Assembly: GCF_018977255.1 (NCBI RefSeq)
Contig: NW_024704759.1
Span: 7,068,001-7,132,000, forward strand
From: Callorhinchus milii
Taxonomy: Eukaryota
Direction of reading: 5' to 3'
Length of the DNA stretch: 64,000 nt
Below are positions 63,350 to 64,000 of the stretch, in pieces. The notes under the pieces were generated by a model. The model did no database searches, was not told the DNA's origin, and was given only the letters and a program-made list of their open reading frames with translations. A program made the translations under genes and the position numbers. Positions within the stretch are counted from its first letter, which is position 1; each line of letters starts with the position of its first letter.

Positions 63350-64000
63350 TGACCCCCTCCGTCCCTCGAGTGAACCGGAGTGACTGACTAACGGTCGGAG
63401 GGAGCGCGCGCCGCCCGCCCGCCCGCTTCAAACTGGCGGCCGCGGCCAGTGCGCAGACTCAGATCATAAGTTCACCCCCACCTCCCCCCCCCACCACCAA
63501 CCGCCATCATCATGGGAGCCAGTCACAGAGTGTGTGGGGGGGGGGGCGGTGTTGGGGGGGGTGTTGGTTGCCAGAGTTTATAAAGTACGGTTCGTAGCTC
63601 CCCCCCCCCAAAGTCCACCTCAGACTAGACCCCCCCCCCCCCCCCACCAAAAAAAAAGTAGCCCCAAAAAGTCGCACGATTGGTCCTTTTCGTCACAACC
63701 CCCCCCCCACCGCCGCCCCACCGCGCCCCCCACCCCGCACGTCGAGCCCGAGGGACGTCCGGAAAGCCCTCGCGCTTCATCCGGGGGATGGCCGCCCCCC
63801 CCCCTCCCCGCGAAGCGAGTCGGATCGCGCGCCTTCGGGGTGGGGGGGGGGGTGGGGGAAGAAAAGCGAGGCGGCCGCACGGAGTCCCGCCAACGGTCGT
63901 GGATCGAAGTGACCGCCGACGACGACAACGCCGACCACGCCGCCGACAACAGCAGCAGCAGCAGCGACAACTTGGATTTATAGACCGCCCCCTCCCCCCC
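62940..64000 (-). promoter_or_regulatory. CpG island / Sowah promoter region
   Basis: High GC and CpG density around exon 1, tandem GC boxes CCGCCCGCCCGCCC at about 63411-63424, and TGCGCA at about 63450. Confidence 0.75.
63204..63349 (-). CDS. sowah2: Sowah exon 1 ([48 protein letters not shown]), with an apparent +1 base after the ATG
   Basis: Sowah N-terminal motif GGRVRN.EL...FK and donor AGGG|GTAAGA. The ATG at 63349 is 1 nt out of frame. Confidence 0.85.

Noticed and set aside
63534-63983. ORFs of 149 and 116 aa, one with a signal-peptide-like poly-Leu
   Set aside because: GC-rich CpG-island sequence. The poly-Leu derives from a retroposon (CTG/TTG)n tail.

Overview
Vertebrate (eukaryotic) genomic DNA, most likely a cartilaginous fish, judging from the tRNA-derived CORE-like SINEs, Deu-domain SINEs and L2/CR1 LINEs. 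It holds two protein-coding genes in tandem on the minus strand. (1) A two-exon Iroquois TALE-homeobox gene, best matching irx7 (CDS 3352-3140 + 1210-341, about 360 aa), with a TATA box and a 2.8-kb G/C-skewed minisatellite directly upstream. (2) An intron-rich sosondowah ankyrin-repeat gene (Sowah, likely sowah2) spanning 63349-23358, reconstructed by hand as 15 coding exons and about 426 aa. Five of these exons are microexons (12, 3, 3, 3 and 3 nt) that supply the ankyrin beta-hairpin residues DFTS|G|F and H|G. The pair is the ancient Irx-Sowah genomic regulatory block. Also noted: a +1 frameshift just after the Sowah ATG, a candidate sixth microexon, AG|GT zero-length splice sites, enhancer-like intronic elements, strongly AT-to-GC-shifted SINE copies next to both promoters, and many SINE, LINE and DNA-transposon remnants. 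All calls were made by eye, with no database searches.
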